64,000 nucleotides of DNA from Octopus vulgaris (GCA_951406725.2 OX597819.1:5518001-5582000), one strand, 5' to 3'. Counted from the first letter of the stretch, positions 12,360 to 24,890 are shown. Translations and numbers: made by a program. Notes: generated by a model from the letters alone, not told the origin.

Positions 12360-13150
12360 AACAAGGCCAGTAATTTTGAGAGGAGAAAAGTTGTCGATTG
12401 CATCACATCAAGTATTTGACTGATACTCGGAAGGAGGAAAGGCAAAGTTGACTTCGGCGGGATTTGAACTCAGAACGTCTAGAATCCTAAGTTAATGCAA
12501 CAATGCATTTCGTTCGACACTAATGATTCAATCAATCCACCATCGTTTTCATGTCCAATACACAAAGATTATTTTCTTTTCTACTTAAGGCACAAGGCCT
12601 GAAATTTTGGTGGGGGGGGGGGTGGCCAGTCGATTAAATCGACCCCAGTACGCAACTGATACTTAATTTATTGACCCCGAAAGGATGAAAGGCAAAGTCA
12701 ACTTCGGCGGAGTTTGAACTCAGAACATAAAGACAGAGACGAAATACCTATTTCTTTACTACCCACAAGGAGCTAAACACAGAGAGGACAAACAAGGACA
12801 GACATTTGAATTAAGTCGAATATATCGACCCCAGTGCGTAACTGGTACTTAATTTATCGACCCCGAAAGGATGAAAGGCGGAGTTTGAACTCAGTACGTA
12901 AAGACAGACGAAATACCTATTTCTTTACTACCCACAAGGGGATAAACACAGAGATGACAAACAAGGATAGACAAACGGATTAGGTCGATTATATCGACCC
13001 CAGAGCGTAACTGGTACTTAATTTATCGACCCCGAAAGGCTGAAAGGCAAAGTCGATCTCGGCGGAATTTGAACTCAGAACGCAACGGCAGACGAAATAC
13101 GGCTACGCATTTCGCCCGGCGTGCTAACCTTTCTGCTAGCTCGCCGCCTT
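12360..13150 (-). mobile_element. Tandem cluster of SINE family C units
   Basis: Repeated ATCGACCCCGAAAGGATGAAAGGCAAAGTCGAC...GGAATTTGAACTCAGAACG units with a tRNA-like head at the right end. Confidence 0.85.
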
Positions 13151-13169
13151 AGCACAAAGATTATATTAG

Positions 13170-14790
13170 CTCGGGCTCTCCGTGACAGATTTATTTCGTG
13201 ATAGACAAAAGAAGAATGAGCTACGTCGACCCTACCGTTTGTCAATCTTTCGCAGACCTCAAGGAGAAGCAGGGCAAGGCTTCTTAGTTTGATACTCCAT
13301 TGTATTTGCTCGTTCATACTTTAAATTTCGGTATTAGTGTCGCTTTACAGCAACTCATCTAAGATGATCAACCTTTATCGTTTATTTCTGAACGGCTACA
13401 AACGGCAAAGTCTGTATATGGTGGTTTTCGACAAATTGTTAGAAGCATATCTATCTGTGAATTACTTCCAGCACTTTTGGGAAGGTCGAAGATTTTTTTA
13501 TCAAACTGACCATAAACTTTCACACATGCACTGTGGTGAAGTTTGGACAAATATCTTCTCTGGTAAATTCAGCAGTTCGATTTTTTTTATTTCATTATAC
13601 AAATAATATTCCTAATATTCGGTCTATCAACGTAACTAACAATTCAACCACAAATGCACTCGCACGTATAAATATCAATGATCTTCAAACACAGACGGAT
13701 CTCACAAAAGCTGCAACTGATTTGGAAGATGATGACAAACATTTAGATTGCGGAAAGAAACGCCTCTACTGGCTCTATTTGGCGCGAGATTTCTTCTGAA
13801 CACCAGCAACCATATGTAATGGAGAATTGTTACCACTCCCAGGTATGACTGCAATACAAAAACTAATTTCATTTAGATATATATTTGGATCTGCATCAGT
13901 AAACACATCTTATAGTGGACGAAGAATTGTGTTTTATTATCAGAGAACGAAGGTTCTTCGATATGTCGAATCCTCCCAGGGCACTTTCGCATCACCAGAT
14001 GCAGGATTAGATCATGTTCACTTCCGTGTGTCCTCTTACTACATCTCAAGGTTTTTCATATTTATTTACCCTCAGAGACAGATATTGCAAATAACTTGAA
14101 GCCATCCTCGCCCCTGAAATTTCTGCTGAAACAGTAGCTAAACCTTTTATATAGCAATAAATTTCTCGTTTCAGCATCCCAGTTACCTTTACAACAGACG
14201 GAGGATATCAATTTAAATCCAGTTCTTGTTCATGAAATTTCAATGTTGAACGGCTGCACGTGGATTTTTAAAATTACTTATAAGCCGAAAGCCAATGGTG
14301 TCGTTCATCGTTTCCATCATGAGCCTAGAGTAACTACCAAAAACTCACTTGATCTTTCGAAATAGAGGAAATACTCACCATTAAAGCTTCTAGTAATTTG
14401 TTCAACAGTTAATGAAGAAATCAATTGTACTCTAGTTGAATTAATCGATGAAATTTCTCTCAATTTACCTGGTGCATAACAGCAGGAAAATAACATGACT
14501 CGCCTTCATGAAAATCGCTCACTTCTCTGTTCAGGATGCTTTGTTAGACCTATATATAGACAGAGGGTAGGTTCAAGCGCAGATTTAGATTAGTTATTTG
14601 AGAATGTATTACGCACAACATGATTAGATCCTCGATCCATATCACGCGCAATACTCGTCCAATCAAAGCACAGGACTCAACCAATGTTCTGCACTCACAT
14701 AATAGGTAAGACGACCAATCATTACAGATTAACATGGCGAGCCTAAAACAGGCTAATCGACTTCAATATGCCATAATAGAAATTGGCCTA
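13170..14790 (+). mobile_element. Heavily decayed Ty3/gypsy pol (RNase H + integrase)
   Basis: FQHFWEGRRFFYQTDHK (RNase H), PGMTAIQKLI, EISAETVAK, FTTDGGYQF, KPKANGVVHRFH (integrase core) across shifted frames. Confidence 0.8.
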
Positions 14791-14816
14791 GCTACATCTT
14801 GTCCTATAATGTATCT

Positions 14817-15220
14817 CAGGAGTGGCTGTGTGGTAAGTAGCTTGCTAACCAACCACATGGTTCCGGGTTCAGTCCCACTGCGTGGCATCTTGGGCAAGTG
14901 TCTTCTGCTATAGCCCGGGCCGACCAATGCCTTGTGAGTGGATTTGGTTGACGGAAACTGAAAAGAAGCCCGTCGTATATATGTATATATGTATATATAT
15001 ATATATATGTTTGTGTGTCTGTGTTTGTCCCCCTAGCATTGCTTGACAACCGATGCTGGTGTGTTTATGTCTCCGTTACTTAGCGGTTCGGCAAAAGAGA
15101 CCGATAGAATAAATACTGGGCTTACAAAAAGAATAAGTCCTGGGGTCGAGTTGCTCGACTAAAGGCGGTGCTCCAGCATGGCCGCAGTCAAATGACTGAA
15201 TCAAGTAAAAGAGTAAAAGA
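14817..15220 (+). mobile_element. SINE family A
   Basis: Near-identical to other A copies. Confidence 0.9.
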
Positions 15221-16129
15221 ATATAATGAATCTCACGAAATACATTATTTTAAAACGCTCTTTTACCCTCATAAAAACAATGATATATACCCTTCTTTTG
15301 TTCGTTCTGTCATGCACAATAATTTTGTCCTTATCTGTGTACACCTTTTACTCTTAAATTTTCGGACAGAAGTTAGCATAAACTTAATCCTTACCACCTA
15401 TTTAATCTATCGAATTAAAATGATTTCGTTGGGCAGATTCATTTTATTTCCTCATGTCCCTACACTTTTCAGTTTATGCTATGACATAATTTGTATAGAT
15501 TTCGATCTATATAAACTCGTCTGAAAAAGAGAAAAGTCATTCAATGAATTATTAGTAAATGTTAGTTATCTATTAAAGGATAATGATACCTCTATGACTA
15601 TTATATTACAAATAATGAAGTAAGTTAGAAGAAATAGTTTCTTAAACAAAAACAATTATCCCAGAAAAGAAAGTCTTCATGAACAAGCTTAAATAGTTTC
15701 ATAGGAATTTGAAATGAAGTTATAAATGTTAAATTATTACTTACTATAATGTGGTGAGGTCTGTTAGGAGGCGTCTTTAAAATTGAATATGTTATTCTGA
15801 TTGTAGATATTTATTGTCATCCATAAAACTGATAAAACTTTCTGCTAAAGGCATATGGCTTGGAATTTTTGTATAAACTAATGCTTTCGGTTGCCATTTC
15901 ATTTTCGTCTCGAACCTAGCGGAAAGTTCCTTTTGTCCATTACTTATAAATGACTAACAATATTTATCATTGATATTATATATACACCAATCTTACTCCA
16001 ATTATTTTTCACTTTTATTTTTAAATTTAAGCGTAAAGAAAAAAATAATACATATCTATTTTGCAATTTATAGAATTTTATAAAATTCAGTTTGTTTATG
16101 TATGGTGATTTATGTTATTTGCAATCCGT

Positions 16130-16556
16130 GGATCTTTTCGGTTTGAACGGCAGTTTTTAAAAATAATTTCCACGTAACTAAACACTTTTAAACTTCGTAT
16201 ACTGGTAGAATGTGTTTATCTTTTTCTCTTGGTTTTATTCAGAAAATTCTATAGTTTGTAAGATATTTATTGTCTTTTTTTCTTCAATTTCTGCAATTTC
16301 AACCAATCAGTGACGTCTATTGAGGTGAAAACATTCTGTGCCGTATGAATATGTCCCTCGCTTAAGAAACAGATTCGGTTTATTTACATTTCTGAAGAAA
16401 AAAAGATACCTTTCCCCCCACCCCTAACCCTAACCCTAACTAACCCTAACCTTAAAACAGATTGAAATGCAATAGATCAATACTAGGGTCATAATTATGG
16501 GTGACAATTTCATATGACACCGCTAGAAAAAACTGCCGTTCAAACCGAAAAGATCC
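16130..16556 (+). mobile_element. MITE with ~29-bp TIRs, 8-bp TSD and internal (CCCTAA)n
   Basis: GGATCTTTTCGGTTTGAACGGCAGTTTTT at both ends in inverted orientation; flanks CAATCCGT/CAATTCGT. Confidence 0.9.
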
Positions 16557-16680
16557 CAATTCGTTTTATGCTCAGAAATATCTTGAAAGGATTGTATGTT
16601 TATTTTAAGCAATAATTAATGCGAGCGGAATAGATTCACCACTGTAGCAAGTGCACGCCCTGTAACAACAATCACCATAT

Positions 16681-16842
<162 letters not shown>

Positions 16843-16850
16843 TCGGTATG

Positions 16851-17082
16851 TGGCGAGCTGGCAGAATCGTTAGCACGCCGGGCGAAATGTTTTGCGGTAT
16901 TTCGTCTGCCGTTACGTTCTGAGTTCAAATTCCGCCGAGGTCGACTTTGCCTTTCATCCTTTCGCGGTCGATAAATTAAGTACCAGTTACGCACTGGGGT
17001 CGATATAATCGACTTAATCCCCTTGTCTGTCCTTGTTTGTCCCCTCTATGTTCAGCCCCTTGTGGGTAGTAAAGAAATAGGT
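16851..17082 (+). mobile_element. SINE family C
   Basis: GGCGAGCTGGCAGAATCGTTAGC...GAGTTCAAATTCCGCC head plus conserved body. Confidence 0.85.
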
Positions 17083-17488
17083 ATGTGTGTGTGTGTGTGT
17101 GAGAGAGAGAGAAAGAGCGAGAGAGAAAATATTAACAGCCATCTTTTTCTTTATACATATTTATTTTTGCATGTTGTATTTCTCTTCTTATCCTCGTCTC
17201 AATATATTTTATCTGTTTATATAAACGTCTTCTGAGGGTACGCATCTACACATACTCATAGGCACATACACATTCACACATACGCGTACGCACACACACA
17301 CACACATGCACACACGTGTGTATTGTATCTGAGCGTGTACAGAGTAACATGAGGCAGAAGTAACAACGAAAAAAAGATTCCTAAGATGTTTGTCTGGTTG
17401 TTCTAACCACGCTGTTCGTATGTAGATTAGTTTACTCAATGTGGAGAGCAAGAGTGTAGGGAGAGAGAGAAAGAGAGAGAGAGAGAGA

Positions 17489-17549
<61 letters not shown>

Positions 17550-17987
17550 CAACATATTTAACATGGGTTTCATCTGTTTAGCATTTCAGAGGAGCACATC
17601 ACCTGTGAGGCATTCCCCTCTCGGCCCGACGCACTCTTAACTATTAGCTCATAACACTATTTATTGTTCACCGATGTATCCCAAACACATAACAACATAT
17701 AAAAGTGGACCACGATACTCTCTCTTCTTATCTCTCTCGAAAAATTCCAGTGAATCTTTCTTCACTGTATCAAATGTGCTGAGGTAGCATTTGTTCTACG
17801 TTTTCTGTCAAACGTTGCTCTTATTGTTTTAGCTGATAACAGACGAATACTTCATCGTCCATAGACATTTGAGGTGTTTTTAAACTTGCTCCTAGGTTTT
17901 TTCCCTCTGGTTTTATTTTCAAATACATTATGTAATATTCTCCATGATGTAGTTGTTGTTGTTGTTGGTTTCCTCCTCCTCCTCCTC

Positions 17988-18026
<39 letters not shown>

Positions 18027-18084
18027 GTTGTTGTTGTTGCTGTTGTTGTTGTTATTATTATTATTATTGTTATTAGAGCTGCAA

Positions 18085-18472
18085 TCTGGCAGAATCGTTA
18101 GCATTTTGGACGAAATGCTTAGCGGTATTTCGTCTGCCGTTACGTTCTGAGTTCAAGTTCCGCCGAGGTCGACTTTGCCTTTCATCCTTTCGGGGTCGAT
18201 AAATTAAGTACCAGTTACGCACTGGGGTCAATGTAATCAACTTAATACCTATGTCTGTCCATGTTTGTCCCCTCTATGTTTAGCCCCTTGTGGGTAATAA
18301 AGAAATAGGTATTTTGTCCGTCGCTACGTTCGGAGTTTAAATACCACCGAGGTCAACTTTGCTTTTCATCCTTTCGGGGTCGATAAATTAGGCACCAGTG
18401 AAGCATTGGAGTAGATGTAATCAACTAGTCCCCTCCCATCAAATTTCAGGCCTTGTGCCTATGGTAGAAAGG

Positions 18473-18526
<54 letters not shown>

Positions 18527-18734
18527 GCGGTGAGCTGGTAGAATCGTTAGCATGCCGGGCGAAAGGCTTAGCGGCATTTTTAAGTTCTGTGTTCAAATTC
18601 CGCCAAGGTCGGCTTAGCCTTTCGTCCTTTTGGAGTCGATGAAATAAGTACCAGTTATGCACTAAGGTCGATGTAATCGACTTGCAATTTCACCTCCACA
18701 ATCGACCCCCACAATTTCACAATTTGTAGAAAGG

Positions 18735-18740
<6 letters not shown>
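18085..18740 (+). mobile_element. Cluster of SINE C copies among (ATT)n tails
   Basis: Three C units separated by (TTA)n runs. Confidence 0.85.
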
Positions 18741-18785
<45 letters not shown>

Positions 18786-19308
18786 CAAGAAACAACAAAA
18801 ACAACAACAACAACAGGTGTTGAATGTCAGTATTGGTAAACATTCAGAATGTTTTTCTGTATTTAGTTACGTCCCGAAGGCGGCGTTCCAGCATGATCTT
18901 AGCCACGATAGTAAAAGAACTAGAGAGCTATCCCTTCATATTCTGAGTTCAAATTCTTCCAAGGTTCATGTAGTCTTTTATCTTTCCTTTGGAATCCATA
19001 AAACAAATATTTATCAGTGAAGTACAGGAGTCGATATAAAGACATCTCTTTTCATCCATAAAATGTTGTGGTCTTGTACCTATTTTAAGAAATAGTATTA
19101 TCGCCTTTTCAGTGAAACAGCGGTAATTAATAGAATGAGCTAGTTTAATTTTCACATATGGAACTGTGAATCTTGAAGCAAACAAAGCTATAGATAATAG
19201 TATGTAAATTTTGGGTTAAAATCCCTTATGTAAACATAACAGGCATTCTACCATTGGACAAAGCACTACTTCAAATTTCTCTACCCATTTTAGAAACTTT
19301 ATTTTTAC

Positions 19309-19524
19309 CAGTGAGAATCGTAAGTTGTTGACGTCTCAACAATTTAGAAACTTTCAAGAGAATGTGAAATAATTCTGTTTTGGAATTGTGAACCTCGAAG
19401 CAATTAAAACTGTAAACCCTTTGAGTAGAAAAAGTGAAGGCTGCCCGTGTAAATAATGATTGGTTCTGTAGACTTAAGACATGGTCAGGATCCGAAAGAA
19501 ACAATCTTCTAGGTGTAGCTTTAT
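19309..19524 (-). CDS. Weak candidate internal exon (216 bp, phase 1-1) of putative host gene
   Basis: Open frame ...KATPRRLFLSDPD...LTILTG, TAG acceptor with weak pyrimidine tract, G|GTAAAA donor; phase-compatible with exon 24157-24248. Confidence 0.2.
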
Positions 19525-20463
19525 CTAGATACTTGTATTTAAATTATTTGTTTAAAAAGCGGAGCATGTAATACAGCTGAAAACAAACTATGTTCGTAGC
19601 TCGCAACCGAAGATGGCTTGGTACTATGTTTCCGATAATACTTTTAGATGTTTATGTGGTCACAAATAGACACTGCTTAAATTAAACACAAGGCCAGCAA
19701 ATTTAAGAGGAAGGTTTAAGTCGATACTCTCGACACCAGTACTTGATTGGAACTTTATTCTATCGATATCAACAAGATGAAAGGCAAAGTCGACCTCGAC
19801 GGAATTTGAACTAAGAACGTATAGATACAAAAGAAATGTCGATGAGCAGTTATTTCCAGTTATTTCCATCTCAAAAGTCTCAGAATGAAAAATGTGATAT
19901 ACCGGCCAATTTTAGTGTCTTATTCCATTCAGCTACAGATGTGGTAAACCTTGCCTCCATTGCAGCATTACGTATGTGTGATAGAGTAAAAGAGTCGCTA
20001 GCCGTGGTGTCTCGGATGAGATACTTGCCTCTAACCCCAAGGAAAGAGCGAATCCATCGTGTCGCTACCCAATGTTCCTGGACAATTCAATTGACCTTAG
20101 AATTAAGGGAATATTTACTTTGACTAGAGCTTGATTAATTATGTGGTTTACCTCATTACGGCGAGCAAAGCTACTTCTTTTATTTTTCTAATCAAATGAA
20201 TCCATCTTTTAACTGTAGAAGAATAGTATAACTTCAACTGCAAAGTTATCGAAACGTAATTTACAGTACTCTTTTTTTAATCTTGTAGAAATAAACTAGA
20301 CGTTATCATCGTGAACATGAGTAATTAAGGGACATGGCTGATGAAACGGAGTCTGGTTCATGTAACAGAATAATCAAAGCCTTTTCAACACATCTATTTG
20401 TGACTCTCTCTATCTCTTACCCTTTCTCTCACTTACTCACTCACCTTTATATATATATATATA

Positions 20464-20858
20464 CTAGCAGTATCGCCCGGCGTTGCTCGGGTTTGTAAGG
20501 GAAATAATTATATAAGCATTTTTAGAGATGTAAAGTATAATAGCCATCTCAATATGGCTAACCACAAAGGGGGAGGGGTGTTACTGTAGGTTTTTACGTT
20601 CTGAGATTTAGAAATAAATTTTAGAGAGTTACTTCCCTTATATATGTCAAAAATGGATTAAAAATGGGAAAAATTGATGGTAAATTTTTTTTTAAATCGT
20701 AGACTCATCGTAGACGCGCGCTAATACCCAGACGGTCTCGATATGAATCACGACTATAAGATACCCGGTTTTGGTTAAACTGCACCGCAAAATGTGGGAG
20801 TAGTTAGGAATGTAAATCGTAGGAGACAGACACACAACCTCACTTTTATATATAAAGA
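20464..20858 (-). mobile_element. Non-autonomous Helitron (Lep1-like architecture)
   Basis: Minus strand starts A|TCTTTATATATAAAA and ends with hairpin CCCGAGCAACGCCGGG then CTAG|T; second copy at 36729. Confidence 0.85.
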
Positions 20859-20921
20859 TTTCCTCTATTTACATAATATTGAGGTCTCTTTCTTTCTTTT
20901 GTTATCTTACTGTTTTTACCA

Positions 20922-20990
<69 letters not shown>

Positions 20991-20999
20991 TAGTTAGAT

Positions 21000-21430
21000 A
21001 GATAGCCGCACCAAAGATAAAAAGAAAAAGAAAAAAAAAAGAAATAGACAGTGCCGGAGGTGTGCAGTGTACTGCCGGCATGTCCCAATGCCTCTTTGTT
21101 GGGAATCGTGCCACCGACAGAGGAAGCTGTGGTCCCTCGCAGTGAAAGTAAAGAATATGTGTTATTCTATCTTAGGGTAGGGGTTGTTGACAAATTTGTT
21201 GAGAGTTGTGTTCGTGTCAGGACCTGATGGACCCGGCCTGCATGATCAGCAGCATTGGCCGTCGCAGGTGGTAAAAGACAGGGAGTTCCTCCGAATAGTG
21301 GAGTCCTGTTCGAAGGAAGATTACAATTATATCTTTTGGCGACCCGACTTGAGGCTGAGGGATTGCCTGCAGGCGGCAAGAAAATTGATAGGGGATGATT
21401 GAAGAGACTTGGTGTCTCAGTCTGGGTAAG
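21000..21430 (+). mobile_element. GC-richer degraded coding-like fragment, probably a retrotransposon ORF1 remnant
   Basis: Broken frame WPSQVVKDREFLRIVE...YIFWRPDLRL; assignment is by recollection only. Confidence 0.3.
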
Positions 21431-21643
21431 AGGTTTATTGCCTCATTTTTGTGTGCTCTTTTTAAAGACAAAAAAGAAAATTTGTAATAAACTAAAGGAA
21501 TAGGTTTAATACCTCATTTTGTTTTTTTAAAAAAGGATAATGTATTAGAGAAGCAAAAAATCATCGGGGGTTTTTTGTCTTCTCCCATCAATATCATTTA
21601 AAAAAATTTTTACATCTTTCATCTCATTAATGTATATATCTCA

Positions 21644-21700
<57 letters not shown>

Positions 21701-21704
<4 letters not shown>

Positions 21705-22876
21705 CCAACGAGGGTACGGACGCCGCTATATATATTATATGTAGAAAAATACAAAGAACGTAAAACATTTAGAAGACGATACAAAAAACACGGACGGGAC
21801 ATTCGAAGCCTTCAATCTTCAGTCAAGAACCGGATCATCCTAGCAATTTCGGCTGATTAATCTTGAGATCGCTCCGATCCGGCCAGCCCCAAGGAAAAAC
21901 TAAGCTACGAGCATTAGATTTCTTGGAAAAAGGATCGAATGTATACGAAACAGGGACAGAAAAACGGACGGACGATGCCACACGAATATCTTCTAAATGT
22001 TTTACGTTCTTGTCCCAGTTTGTATTTTTCTACATATAATATATATAGTGGCGTCCGTACCCTCGTTGGCCTTATGTAAGTACATATTCCTGTAAATTTG
22101 GTACGACTCTACACACTGTCTCTCTCTCTCTCTCTCCTACATTTCTCTGCCTTTCACACTTTGCACTCTACTCTGATCTGTCCCCTTCTCTCTCTCTCTT
22201 TCTACTTCTCCTCCTTTTCTCTTTTCTTGCCTCTGATTCTTTGGTCTACTCTTCCCCCCACTCTCTCACATTTCTCTGTCTTTCTCACTTTGCACTCACT
22301 AGCCAATCCTTGGCACGCACTCTTTCTTCTCCCTTCTTTAATTCCTTCTTTCTCTCTCTTCTCCCCCCCTTTGTTGCCTTCGTCCCTCTTTTTCTCTCTC
22401 TCTTTGTTTCCTTTGCCTCCTTTCTTTTCTCTCTCTTCTCTCACGTGACCGCTGGTCAAATCAGCCTTTTTGGCCTCCGACCACTGCCGTGAGAACATCG
22501 TTGTTTTCGTCTGCCGATAAAGGCATTTTTTCCAAATACGCCAGCTAAACTTGTTGTACTGTTTATTAGTCGTAAGACACCTGCTGTTTTTGTCCTGTTT
22601 TACCATCATTGTTTTGTTGTATTTTAAATTCGTGTGGCATCGTCCGTCTTTCTGTCCCTGTTTCGTATACATTCGAGCCTTTTTCCAAGAAATCTAATGC
22701 TCGTAGCTTAGTTTTTCCTTGGGGCTGGCCGGATCGGAGCGATCTCAAGATTAATCAGCCGAAATTGCTAGGATGATCCGGTTTCTGACTGAAGATTGAA
22801 GGCTTCGAATGTCTCGTCCGTGTTTTATGTATCGTCTTCTAAATGTTTTACGTTCTTGTCCCAGTTTGTATTTTTC

Positions 22877-22884
<8 letters not shown>
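21701..22884 (+). mobile_element. Non-coding Penelope-like element: inverted pLTR (21701-21987) plus body with ~50-bp direct repeats
   Basis: 21740-21987 is the reverse complement of 22628-22880; direct repeats 21989-22038 and 22835-22884; CT-rich core; degenerate HHR boxes; (TA)n on both sides. Confidence 0.7.
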
Positions 22885-22934
<50 letters not shown>

Positions 22935-22938
<4 letters not shown>

Positions 22939-23156
22939 AATATGTTACATTACTCAATAGTCAAGATAAAACTCTGAGTTTCAGATGCCGAAGTGGAAAT
23001 CCACAACACCATCTCTTCGGTTATCTAGCTATTTGAAAACGCTATGAAAAAATATCTTGACTATTGAGTAATGTAACATATTGTTGTATAGATAAATTTC
23101 CTCTATTTACATAATATTGAGGTCTCTTTCTTTCTTTTGTTATCTTACCGTTTTAC

Positions 23157-23162
<6 letters not shown>
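22935..23162. mobile_element. Miniature inverted pLTR pair of the PLE family at 44257-45843
   Basis: Minus copy 22935-23054 containing the HHR, followed by a plus-strand pLTR tail from 23053; a further tail piece lies at 20859-20925. Confidence 0.8.
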
Positions 23163-23216
<54 letters not shown>

Positions 23217-23317
23217 GACCGACCAAACCATCAGATGTCGCTACACATTGCTGATCACAATGCGTTCGCATTGCTTTAACCTTCAAATGACGCCACCCCG
23301 CTGGATAGAGCGAGCAG

Positions 23318-23386
<69 letters not shown>

Positions 23387-23389
<3 letters not shown>

Positions 23390-23525
23390 CGTAGGAGTGG
23401 CTGTGTGATAAGTAGCTTGCTTACGAACCACATGGTTCCGGGTTCAGTTTCACTGTGTGGCACCTTGTGAGTGGATTTGGTAGACGTAAATTGAAAGAAG
23501 CTCGTCGTATATATGTATATATGTA

Positions 23526-23598
<73 letters not shown>

Positions 23599-23810
23599 AT
23601 GTGTGTGTGTGTGTGTGTATATGTTTGTGTGTCTGTGTTTGTCCCCCTAATATCGCTTGACAACCGATGCTGGTGTGTTTACGTCCCCGTAAAGAGACCG
23701 ATAGAATAAGTACTAGGCTTACACAGAAAAAGTCCTGGGGTCGATTTGCTCGACTAAAAGGCGGTGCTCCAGCATGTCCGCTGTCAAATGACTGAAACAA
23801 GTAAAGAGTA
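23387..23810 (+). mobile_element. SINE family A with internal deletions and expanded microsatellite
   Basis: Similarity to family A. Confidence 0.85.
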
Positions 23811-23815
23811 AATAC

Positions 23816-23870
<55 letters not shown>

Positions 23871-23876
23871 CGTATG

Positions 23877-23932
<56 letters not shown>

Positions 23933-24156
23933 TGTGTGTGAGCTTTTGTCTGTTAATATTGTATCACGTTTTTATATTTTCGTACAGAATTTCTGTTGAT
24001 TTGTTATTCATGTTTATAATGGTCCCTCTTGTCTGAACAATGCAGCCTTCCATGTCAACCCGTCATGTAAACATTAATTAGGTCATTACTATGATTAACA
24101 TCTGTTAGAATCGTTTTCAAACTTAGTTACTAGGCAGTTATTTATAGAATACTTAC

Positions 24157-24248
24157 CGAAATGAATAGTCACAAGTTCTTTACTGACCAGCAATTTTTTT
24201 TCTTCAGCATGAGATTCACGTGAGTAAATAAACAAAAAATAGAATAAA
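24157..24248 (-). CDS. Candidate exon (92 bp, phase 2-1) of putative secreted/membrane protein
   Basis: TTTTTGTTCCTTAG acceptor, CG|GTAAGT donor; in frame with exon 31556-31767, giving MRRSGLQEIERILFYFLFIYSRESHAEEKKLLVSKELVTIHF. Confidence 0.4.
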
Positions 24249-24689
24249 CTAAGGAACAAAAATATTTAAAGGGGAAAGAGAAGAAATAGCTTACTATTTC
24301 TTCTCTTACTATTTCTAGAAAAAGAGAAGAAATAGGATAAGGAAGAGAGGGAAAAAAACCCGATGAAAATTAGATATAAAGAAAAAGAAAAAAAAATGTA
24401 TCTCGCAAGCAATAAAATAATTAAAGATCTTTACGTGGGAAAATAAACAGAAAATAATTTTTTGATGGCTGATAAGAATGTTTTTAGGCAAAAAGCAAAC
24501 ATAGCGCCATGCTAGATAATACACCCAGGCATTTAAGAACTGACATTGACATGATGAAGTATACGGAAAGTTTGGATTAGGAGAAACAGAACTTTCGGTG
24601 GCTGTCTGGGGGTGCAGAGGCTTGAATGTTTGTCATTACTCATCAATTGTTTCTTCCGTCAACTTTTTTAAACTTTTTTTTCGGTCTCA

Positions 24690-24890
24690 AATTTTGGAAC
24701 ACGACCAGCAATTTCAGGGAAGGGGTTTAAGTCGATTACATTGACGTCAGTGCTCAACTGATACTTCTTTTATCGACCCCGAAGGGATGAAAGGCAAAAA
24801 TCGACCTCGGCGGAATTTGAACTCAGAACGTAAAGATGGACAAAATACCGCAGAGCCCGACGTGCTAACGACTCTGCCAGCTCACCGCTT
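24690..24890 (-). mobile_element. SINE family C (similar diverged copies at ~19680-19830 and 27830-28040)
   Basis: Family C body and head on the minus strand. Confidence 0.8.

Noticed and set aside
17771-17793. TGAGGTAG (let-7 5' end) in a hairpin
   Set aside because: Only 8 nt match and the hairpin is far too short for a pre-miRNA.
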